Virus record (IMG/VR): IMGVR_UViG_3300046331_000099
Span: 9,109-73,108 of that record
Origin: a virus
Strand: one strand, 5' to 3'
Length of the DNA: 64,000 bases
Positions within the stretch are counted from its first letter, which is position 1, and each line of letters begins with the position of its first letter. Positions 17,422-23,642 of this stretch are shown here, piece after piece. The notes beneath the pieces are model-generated. The model made no database searches, was not told the DNA's origin, and saw only the letters and a list, made by a program, of their open reading frames with translations. A program made the translations under genes and the position numbers.

Positions 17422-17505
17422 TGGTGCGAGTGGCGAGACTCGAACTCGCAAACCCAAAGGTGGCAGATTTTAAGTCTGCTGCGTATACCATTCCACCACA
17501 CTCGC
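17422..17505 (-). tRNA. tRNA-Leu(TAA)
   Basis: Loop CTTAAAA, variable arm present. Confidence 0.92.
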
Positions 17506-17510
17506 AAATT

Positions 17511-17599
17511 TGGCGGAGAGTGTGGGAATCGAACCCACTCACCATATCACTACGATGACAGATTAGCAATCTGCTGCATTACCATCCTGCCCACTCTCC
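17511..17599 (-). tRNA. tRNA-Ser(GCT)
   Basis: Loop TTGCTAA, long variable arm. Confidence 0.92.
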
Positions 17600-17601
17600 A
17601 A

Positions 17602-17730
17602 TTATCTTATACGTCTTATCAGTCTCAACCAATAGTACTTTAATCCACGAACTGGGATCTCAAAATAGAACCCCACTTCTTTCGGAATGGAGCCATATGC
17701 TTTATCTAATGTTTCTTTTGCTTTTGGCAT
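17602..17730 (-). CDS. small hypothetical protein (42 aa, not in ORF track)
   Basis: AGGAGA RBS; MPKAKETLDKAYGSIPKEVGFYFEIPVRGLKYYWLRLIRRIR. Confidence 0.55.
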   Translation of the reverse strand: MPKAKETLDKAYGSIPKEVGFYFEIPVRGLKYYWLRLIRRIR

Positions 17731-17810
17731 TCCATTCTCCTAATGTTGGCCACGATTTTTGTCATTCTTACTTAGGCTAACGACGACTCCCTAAGATCAG
17801 TTGCAACACA

Positions 17811-18389
17811 TTACATTGTTGGTCCATTGCCGTTTTTGAATCCGACAGTACCACCTTCGTTCTGAATGCGCTTGATTACGTCTTCAAACAAGATGGGTCT
17901 GAAGTCTGTCTGTTCGACGCACACGCACTGATAACGAGGATCGATTCGTTCAACACCGTACTGGTCAGTCTTCATAACACGATTGGTATGAGTGTGACCA
18001 TGGATGTTAGTACCGAAACGATACAAGTTGCTTTCATGGACTGGGATATGAGTTAAAATCATACCATTCATCACATGTGAACCACGAATGTCTCTAAAGA
18101 ATGGAGTGTATTCCTCTAATCTAAAGATGTCGTGATTACCTTTAATTAAAACCTTGTCACCATTCAAACGATGCATAATCTTTAAGGCTTTACGGTTAAT
18201 GACAACGTCACCTAAGTGATAGACTTTGTCAGTTGGACGAACTGTTTCGTTCCACATCTTAACCATGGCTTCATCCATTTCTTCAGGATCAGTCCACGGT
18301 CTAATCTTCGTCACTCCGTCAGCTTCAGTAAATTTACATACACCCATGTGACCAAAGTGCGTATCGCTTACTAAGAATACACTCGGCAT
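17811..18389 (-). CDS. calcineurin-like metallophosphoesterase
   Basis: SDTHFGH, HLGD, KGNHD, LTHIP, IHGHTH. Confidence 0.9.
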   Translation of the reverse strand: MPSVFLVSDTHFGHMGVCKFTEADGVTKIRPWTDPEEMDEAMVKMWNETVRPTDKVYHLGDVVINRKALKIMHRLNGDKVLIKGNHDIFRLEEYTPFFRDIRGSHVMNGMILTHIPVHESNLYRFGTNIHGHTHTNRVMKTDQYGVERIDPRYQCVCVEQTDFRPILFEDVIKRIQNEGGTVGFKNGNGPTM

Positions 18390-18413
18390 ATCAAACTCCA
18401 TTTCAAGTTAAAC

Positions 18414-18471
18414 AACAGGATGCTTATTTTTCAATTACAAGTTGAATTTTTTTGCTTGCTGGACGCATCCT
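18414..18471 (-). ncRNA. CAGCA-stem RNA E (minimal)
   Basis: 5' AGGATGC-GTC-CAGCAA ... GCATCCT-GTT 3'. Confidence 0.7.
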
Positions 18472-18476
18472 AAAAG

Positions 18477-18569
18477 TGGCGGAAAAGCAGAGGAGTCGAA
18501 CCCCATCCCATTTCTGAGAACCGAGTTTTCAAGGCTCGTCGCCGCACCAACGCAGCTGCATTACTTTCC
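18477..18569 (-). tRNA. tRNA-Ser(TGA)
   Basis: Loop CTTGAAA, long variable arm. Confidence 0.85.
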
Positions 18570-18574
18570 ATATT

Positions 18575-18664
18575 TGGCGGAGATAGTAGGATTTGAACCC
18601 ACGAGACCTTTCGATCTGCTTGTTTTCTAGACAAGTGCCATAAACCAGACTCGACCATATCTCC
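18575..18664 (-). tRNA. tRNA-Ser(AGA)
   Basis: Loop CTAGAAA (A34), long variable arm, GCCA end. Confidence 0.85.
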
Positions 18665-18671
18665 ATTATAC

Positions 18672-18727
18672 AACAGGATTCGCTTTTTTTCATTAACAGT
18701 GAAATTTTTAATTGCTGAATGAATCCT
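18672..18727 (-). ncRNA. CAGCA-stem RNA F (minimal)
   Basis: 5' AGGATTC-ATT-CAGCAA ... GAATCCT-GTT 3'. Confidence 0.7.
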
Positions 18728-18732
18728 AAAAC

Positions 18733-18806
18733 TGGTGCGGGGTAAGAGAATCGAACTCTTGACAAGACGTTGGCAACGTCCTATTTTACCATTAAACTAA
18801 CCACGC
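18733..18806 (-). tRNA. tRNA-Gly(GCC)
   Basis: Loop TTGCCAA; A rather than U discriminator. Confidence 0.85.
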
Positions 18807-18811
18807 ATAAC

Positions 18812-18887
18812 TGGTACCTCTGGAGAGAATCGAACTCCCGTCTCAGCGTTCGTAGCACCGTATTCTAATCCGTTGAACTACAGAGGC
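18812..18887 (-). tRNA. tRNA-Arg(ACG)
   Basis: Loop CTACGAA. Confidence 0.9.
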
Positions 18888-19039
18888 ATAAATTAGTGCA
18901 CATCTATCAATTGGGACTCTTACCCCAGTGTTTCTCAGCATCCAGTTGCCCTTTGCTGACGCAGTATACACTGCAAAGACGACCGAGATGGCGGGATCGT
19001 CTACTGTTTACTTTTCGGTTAATTACTCCGACTAATTCT

Positions 19040-19115
19040 TGGTCTCCGTAGAAGGATTCGAACCTTCACCCCACCGCCCCAAACGGCGAGTGCAACCTGA
19101 TAACACTTTACAGAG
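19040..19115 (-). tRNA. tRNA-Pro(TGG), second copy
   Basis: Loop TTTGGGG. Confidence 0.85.
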
Positions 19116-19120
19116 ATAAC

Positions 19121-19195
19121 TGGTACTGCGTACGGGTAACGATCCCGTCTAGTCAGCTTGAAAGGCTGATGACCTCACCTGAAGTCGAACGCAGT
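19121..19195 (-). tRNA. tRNA-Glu(TTC), second copy
   Basis: Loop CTTTCAA; T-loop ATCGTTA. Confidence 0.8.
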
Positions 19196-19203
19196 ATAAA
19201 AAT

Positions 19204-19294
19204 TGGTGGACAACAATGGGAATCTAACCCACTTCTTTCCCCTATGCTGTTAGGGAATTTCATGCCAGCAGCAGGCAATTGACACATCAAGTCC
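19204..19294 (-). ncRNA. atypical tRNA-like RNA or pseudo-tRNA
   Basis: GGAC...GTCC-ACCA ends, T-arm GTGGG-TTAGATT-CCCAT; central hairpin TTCCCTA-ACAGCA-TAGGGGA in place of an anticodon arm. Confidence 0.5.
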
Positions 19295-19299
19295 ATAAT

Positions 19300-19374
19300 T
19301 GGTGGAGACCGAGGAAATCGAATCCTTCTAGACATCCTCCTTGCAAGGGAGAACCGTAGCCCACTACTGTCCCC
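19300..19374 (-). tRNA. tRNA-Ala(TGC), reduced D-loop
   Basis: Loop CTTGCAA, G3:U70 pair. Confidence 0.8.
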
Positions 19375-19457
19375 AAATTAGGGTTAGTTTCTATAGCACC
19401 CATTGAAACTAACAAACGTTGAGTAACCATACATCAAAACAAGATTACTATTTGCTC

Positions 19458-19536
19458 TGGCTCCGTGTGTGAGGATCGAACTCACCTAATCATTGATTAA
19501 CAGTCAAGTCCTTGCACCATGCTTGGATTTCACGGA
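19458..19536 (-). tRNA. tRNA-Asn(GTT), second copy
   Basis: Loop CTGTTAA; similar to 14436-14514. Confidence 0.85.
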
Positions 19537-19544
19537 ATAAAAAT

Positions 19545-19613
19545 AACAGGATGATTTTGACGAACATGTCAAATTATAAGTTTGGTGTTCTTGTTGATTG
19601 CAGAACTCATCCT
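19545..19613 (-). ncRNA. CAGCA-stem RNA G (CTGCA variant)
   Basis: 5' AGGATGA-GTT-CTGCAA ... TCATCCT-GTT 3'. Confidence 0.65.
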
Positions 19614-19618
19614 AAAAC

Positions 19619-19692
19619 TGGCGACGCATGGGAGAATCGAACTCCCGTCTATGGATAGACAATCCACGATAATGCCATTATATGAATGCGCC
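19619..19692 (-). tRNA. tRNA-Asp(GTC), second copy
   Basis: Loop TTGTCTA. Confidence 0.85.
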
Positions 19693-19698
19693 GTAACT

Positions 19699-19773
19699 TG
19701 GTCCTCTCGAAAGGAATCGAACCTTAGGTCTATCGCTTATCAAGCGAGTGCTCTACCATTGAGCTACAAGAGG
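19699..19773 (-). tRNA. tRNA-Ile(GAT)
   Basis: Loop TTGATAA. Confidence 0.88.
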
Positions 19774-19781
19774 AAATACTT

Positions 19782-19857
19782 TGGTGCCTATGAGTGGACT
19801 CGAACCACTAACACATGGATTTTCAATCCACTGCTCTACCATTGGAGCTACACAGGC
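19782..19857 (-). tRNA. tRNA-Phe(GAA)
   Basis: Loop TTGAAAA. Confidence 0.92.
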
Positions 19858-19861
19858 AAAT

Positions 19862-19936
19862 TGGGGAGATGTACGAGAATCGAACTCGTGATAACGGAAT
19901 CACAACCCGTGGTTTTACCACTAAACTAACAACTCC
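19862..19936 (-). tRNA. tRNA-His(GTG)
   Basis: Loop TTGTGAT; G-1:C73 pair. Confidence 0.9.
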
Positions 19937-19940
19937 ATAA

Positions 19941-20026
19941 ACCATATAGAAACACACTGGCTTGCAAGACTCCTACTAACCTTTCGATAGATGTCGCAGT
20001 TAGTATTCAATGTGTTTTCATATGGT
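19941..20026 (-). ncRNA. family-2 long-stem element (copy 5)
   Basis: 5' ACCATATGAAAACACATTG pairs with CAGTGTGTTTCTATATGGT; starts in the ACCA of tRNA-Lys. Confidence 0.6.
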
Positions 20027-20097
20027 AGGGGCACAGAGAATCGAACTCTGATTACATGGTTAAAAGCCACGTACTTTAGCCGTTAAGTTATACCCCC
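20023..20097 (-). tRNA. tRNA-Lys(TTT)
   Basis: Loop CTTTTAA. Confidence 0.9.
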
Positions 20098-20100
20098 ATA

Positions 20101-20176
20101 TGGTCCACTCTCTGAGATTCGAACTCAGCCTTCATAGGTTAAGAGCCTAGTATGCTGCCAACAACATCTAGAGTGG
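20101..20176 (-). tRNA. tRNA-Lys(CTT)
   Basis: Loop CTCTTAA. Confidence 0.85.
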
Positions 20177-20236
20177 TTGTACGTATTATTTTGATTTTAC
20201 GTGCCAACTCAGACCATACGGGGGATCTGAGTGACA

Positions 20237-20260
20237 CTAACGTTTACCTGAACGTTTCAT
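20237..20260 (-). CDS. putative minigene MKRSGKR-UAG
   Basis: AAGGAGAGTAGC-ATG AAA CGT TCA GGT AAA CGT TAG, directly followed by a long hairpin. Confidence 0.45.
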   Translation of the reverse strand: MKRSGKR

Positions 20261-20280
20261 GCTACTCTCCTTGTTAAACT

Positions 20281-20353
20281 TACCAAATAAAAACATACTA
20301 CTCATCTGCTTATTAGGCAATTTGAATGTTCGGCAGTATGTTTTTATTTGGCA
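20281..20353 (-). ncRNA. family-2 long-stem element (copy 6)
   Basis: 5' TGCCAAATAAAAACATACTG pairs with TAGTATGTTTTTATTTGGTA; starts in the GCCA of tRNA-Gln. Confidence 0.6.
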
Positions 20354-20422
20354 CCCGAGGTAAGAATCGAACTTACAATAACAGAGTCAAAGTCTGGTGT
20401 GTTACCACTACACTACTCGGGA
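20349..20422 (-). tRNA. tRNA-Gln(TTG)
   Basis: Loop CTTTGAC; first tRNA of the array. Confidence 0.9.
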
Positions 20423-20523
20423 ACATACGACTTAGGCAATACTAACAGGGCATTCGATATCGGCGTTAGCCAAAATCACTTACCCCGACTTTCTAACCTA
20501 AGTCGCAATAAAAACTGGTGCAG

Positions 20524-20536
20524 ATTGTTAAAGATC
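20524..20536 (-). promoter_or_regulatory. rrn-type boxA antitermination element
   Basis: GATCTTTAACAAT vs E. coli rrn boxA TGCTCTTTAACA(ATT); between the promoters and the first tRNA. Confidence 0.6.
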
Positions 20537-20573
20537 TAAAGCTAATCAAGAGATCAAGATCAGCGAGGCATTT

Positions 20574-20810
20574 ATTATACATCAGCTAAGATATAAAGTC
20601 AACACCTTTTTGGATAACCTTACTAACCGTAGGGTCTTTCCAAGGTTTCATGGGAATCGCTTCTCATTCAACCTAAGACATAATCTTACATCATGTCAGC
20701 GTTACTGTCAACAACTTTCTGAAAGACTTTACTGTTAGTAGGGTTTCTTTCATCATCGTTCTTCACACTAACTAAGCATTGATTATACAGCACAAGTGCT
20801 TTACCGTCAA
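20574..20810 (-). promoter_or_regulatory. three tandem sigma70-type promoters for the tRNA array
   Basis: TTGACT-N17-TATAAT (20574-20602), TTGACA-N17-TAAGAT (20683-20711), TTGACG-N17-TATAAT (20782-20810), about 100-110 bp apart. Confidence 0.85.
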
Positions 20811-20852
20811 CACCTTTCTTTAAAGACCCCACATCGTGGTAGACTATAAAGC

Positions 20853-20887
20853 AAAAAACCCTCGAGATTCACATCTTCGAGGGTTTT
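20853..20887 (-). terminator. intrinsic terminator (attenuator candidate)
   Basis: AAAACCCTCGA...TCGAGGGTTTTTT. Confidence 0.8.
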
Positions 20888-20906
20888 GGTAAAGAGACTT
20901 ATTCTC

Positions 20907-21038
20907 TTACATCTTCTTACCAAAACCCTTCGTATCCTCAATCGCATAGCCAGAACCTTCTACAAATGATGGGCGTGTGCTTGTCCATCCGTTATTCAAC
21001 GGTAGCTGTTTATGCATTTTGGAACAAGAGAGTAACAT
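20907..21038 (-). CDS. putative leader peptide containing all 20 amino acids (43 aa, not in ORF track)
   Basis: MLLSCSKMHKQLPLNNGWTSTRPSFVEGSGYAIEDTKGFGKKM; its 3' end is complementary (13 bp) to the terminator 5' arm; no clear SD. Confidence 0.6.
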   Translation of the reverse strand: MLLSCSKMHKQLPLNNGWTSTRPSFVEGSGYAIEDTKGFGKKM

Positions 21039-21048
21039 AGTAGAAAGA

Positions 21049-21144
21049 ATTCTATCCTAGAAGTTGATTGAAGTCAAGTGGTTTGTTCAACCACCTGTAG
21101 ATCTATTTAGACAATATCTTAGCTCAGTTTGAACTATTTGTCAA
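21049..21144 (-). promoter_or_regulatory. promoters upstream of the leader ORF
   Basis: TTGACT-N17-TAGAAT (21049-21077), TTGACA-N17-TAAGAT (21116-21144), late-like CTAAATA (21104-21110). Confidence 0.65.
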
Positions 21145-21155
21145 GTATTTTGAAA

Positions 21156-21716
21156 TTATTTTAGTAAGTCTGCCACACACTGTGGAACTACTGGCTCCAA
21201 CATCCTCTCAGGATGCCAAACAATACCAAAGATTGGAAGATGTTCATGTCTGAACGCTTCGATGGTCTGATCAGCCTCATGCATTGCAATTGGAATCATC
21301 CCTTTACCAAGAGTCTTGATTGTCTGTCCGTGGTAACTATTTACAAGAACCTTCTTACCATCCATCACAACTTCATGATCTGTTTTATCATGAGTTGGCA
21401 CCAAATTCCAATCAATGTCATTCTTACCACCAGTAAGATCATTGATTGCAAAAGCACCATGACACACACCAAGGATCGGCTTTTTATTCTGCACGGCATG
21501 ATAGAACAATGCGTTCTCTGTGTAGTTTCTAGCAACAGAATCAGTGCCACCAGAAAGAACTAAACAATCATACTCGATGTCAGGAACAAATCCAGTATTG
21601 GCTACTGGAATGAGATGATGACTGCTTAGAAAGGAGTACCAACTTCTCTCCAAGCAGTCAAACAAGAAATTATTTGGAGGGATCCGAAAATCCCTCTGTG
21701 AAATCAAAATTTTCAT
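21156..21716 (-). CDS. class I glutamine amidotransferase / peptidase C26-like protein
   Basis: LVLSGG, PILGVCHG, VNSYHGQ, WHPE triad. Confidence 0.9.
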   Translation of the reverse strand: MKILISQRDFRIPPNNFLFDCLERSWYSFLSSHHLIPVANTGFVPDIEYDCLVLSGGTDSVARNYTENALFYHAVQNKKPILGVCHGAFAINDLTGGKNDIDWNLVPTHDKTDHEVVMDGKKVLVNSYHGQTIKTLGKGMIPIAMHEADQTIEAFRHEHLPIFGIVWHPERMLEPVVPQCVADLLK

Positions 21717-21733
21717 AACAAAGGGATTAGGTA

Positions 21734-22507
21734 TTAGACGCTAGCTTCTTTACCATTGAACGCAACACATAGGTCACGATGTGGTTCGCCATACGCTTCT
21801 AGCATGATTGCTTGAACTTCTGGAGAAGCAGTCTTGAAGTCACCCAAAGATGTGCAAGAACATTCGAACAAGTCCCAAACCATTTCTTTAACATGAGAAA
21901 GAGCTTGTGCTTGGGCTTCTGGAGTTGTTACCAACTTCTCGAGCATCAAACGACCAATGTTAGAGTGGAACTTCTCGTCACGAGCAACACGGTCATAACG
22001 CTTCTGGATGAACTCATCACCAGCGCATTGAGCCATTGTTTGCCATACTTTAGCAGCACGACCTTCAGCCATGTATTGGTACATGTGCATCATGATTGGA
22101 TTATCATGGGCTTCGTACTTCTGGATCAAAGATGCGCCCATACGAACGTCAACTTTACCATACTCTTTCCAGATTGCTTCTAGGTCTGGTGCTTCACCAG
22201 TCAAGTGCTCTAGAACTTCGTAAACGATACGGAAGTGTTCTGCTTCGTCCCATGCTTGCTTAGAAAGCAAACGGCATTCTTCTGGGTTAGTCAAAGCTGG
22301 TAGTTCGGAAACTTTCTTAGAAAGTTCGATCATGTTCATACGTTCGTTAGACAAACGGATGTGGAAGAAGTTAGCGAGCTTTTCTTTGTCGCCCTTTACT
22401 TCGTCGAAGAACTGACGTGTTTGGATCTCAGCCACTTTGTGTAGTGGCATGAAGGATTCCCACAGGTCGTCCAAGAATTCTTTTGCTGGTTTAGCAGTTG
22501 CTGTCAT
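21734..22507 (-). CDS. ferritin-like di-iron protein
   Basis: E...DEAEH...AEG...DEKFH paired ExxH motifs. Confidence 0.8.
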   Translation of the reverse strand: MTATAKPAKEFLDDLWESFMPLHKVAEIQTRQFFDEVKGDKEKLANFFHIRLSNERMNMIELSKKVSELPALTNPEECRLLSKQAWDEAEHFRIVYEVLEHLTGEAPDLEAIWKEYGKVDVRMGASLIQKYEAHDNPIMMHMYQYMAEGRAAKVWQTMAQCAGDEFIQKRYDRVARDEKFHSNIGRLMLEKLVTTPEAQAQALSHVKEMVWDLFECSCTSLGDFKTASPEVQAIMLEAYGEPHRDLCVAFNGKEASV

Positions 22508-22576
22508 TTGAGTTTTCCTTTAAGTATAAAAGTTAAAGTGTTGTTGAAATAGAGGCACATCTTGTACCTCATATTC

Positions 22577-22584
22577 TATTTATA
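22577..22584 (-). promoter_or_regulatory. T4-type late promoter
   Basis: TATAAATA. Confidence 0.65.
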
Positions 22585-22596
22585 AGAGAAATAGAC

Positions 22597-23553
22597 TCAC
22601 TTTTGGTTATTTTTTGATAAAACTGTATCTACAAGAGGTTGCCACTGTTTTTCACGTGTTTTCACCCACAATTTCATGGCTTCTGGGTTTTGTAGAACCT
22701 TGTTTTGAACCAATAGGTTGTCATAGAAGATAGCCTTAACTTCATCAGAATTCAAAGCCTTAGTGAACTCTCGGTTGTACCATTCGATAACATCTTTCGG
22801 TACACCAGCTGGAAGCATTAAAGCCCACATTCCAGATACATTGAAATTAGGAATAGCTGTATCCATAGTTTGGGCTTCTGGAATCTGAGCTAATGGTATA
22901 ATACCACTCAACGCTACAACTTGCACTCGTCCATCTCTATAGAATGGATTAGCCACTGCAGATGGGACGATAGCAAACCGTACATGACCACCAGCTACAT
23001 CGTTCAATGCATCGTTTGGACCTTTGTGGTCTACACGAACAACATCAGAGAACTGAACTTTTGCAGCAATAGATTCATAGACCAGTCTAGCACCACCGCT
23101 TGCAGCAATAGTTACCTTCTCGGTCTTAAGAGCCTGAACCAATTGTTTTGGAGTTTTTACTGGATCGCCAGACTTAGCCACGACAACGAATGGGCTAGTA
23201 GCAATATGAGTTGGATAGACAAAACTATCAACATTGTATGAACGACCATCACCTTGAACAGAAACCTTGTCCATAGCTGCAATCCCTGGAACAGAGACGT
23301 TAGTTACAGAGTACCCATCAGCTGGACGCTTGCTCAATTCTTCAGTACCAATAACACCACCAGCACCTGGACGATTAGTGATAACAAATTTTGCACCAGT
23401 GTTTTGTTCAACTTGTTTAGCTAGGACACGGAATGAGAGTTCATTCACACTTCCAGGTGTCCATGCCATAATCGCTTCAATCGGTTTTGTCGGTTGCCAC
23501 GCAAAAGCAGAAGCAGACATCACCATCAACAAACTAATTACGAGTTTTTTCAT
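22597..23553 (-). CDS. Bug/TctC tripartite tricarboxylate transporter substrate-binding protein
   Basis: Signal peptide; P.KPI, NRPGAGGVIG, PADGY, DVAGGHV, PAGVP. Confidence 0.9.
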   Translation of the reverse strand: MKKLVISLLMVMSASAFAWQPTKPIEAIMAWTPGSVNELSFRVLAKQVEQNTGAKFVITNRPGAGGVIGTEELSKRPADGYSVTNVSVPGIAAMDKVSVQGDGRSYNVDSFVYPTHIATSPFVVVAKSGDPVKTPKQLVQALKTEKVTIAASGGARLVYESIAAKVQFSDVVRVDHKGPNDALNDVAGGHVRFAIVPSAVANPFYRDGRVQVVALSGIIPLAQIPEAQTMDTAIPNFNVSGMWALMLPAGVPKDVIEWYNREFTKALNSDEVKAIFYDNLLVQNKVLQNPEAMKLWVKTREKQWQPLVDTVLSKNNQK

Positions 23554-23642
23554 ATTCTTTCATCATCCTATTCATAAAATCTTCATCAGATTCATAGTTA
23601 AAAGACCACTCCCAAAATTGTTTCAGGAGTGGTTTGGTTTCA

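Noticed and set aside
15071-19335. Minus-strand ORFs of 60-100 aa in the tRNA region (e.g. 15071-15304, 16253-16456, 16613-16912, 17091-17288, 18470-18765, 19153-19335)
   Set aside because: They run through clear tRNA or ncRNA sequences and are chance open frames
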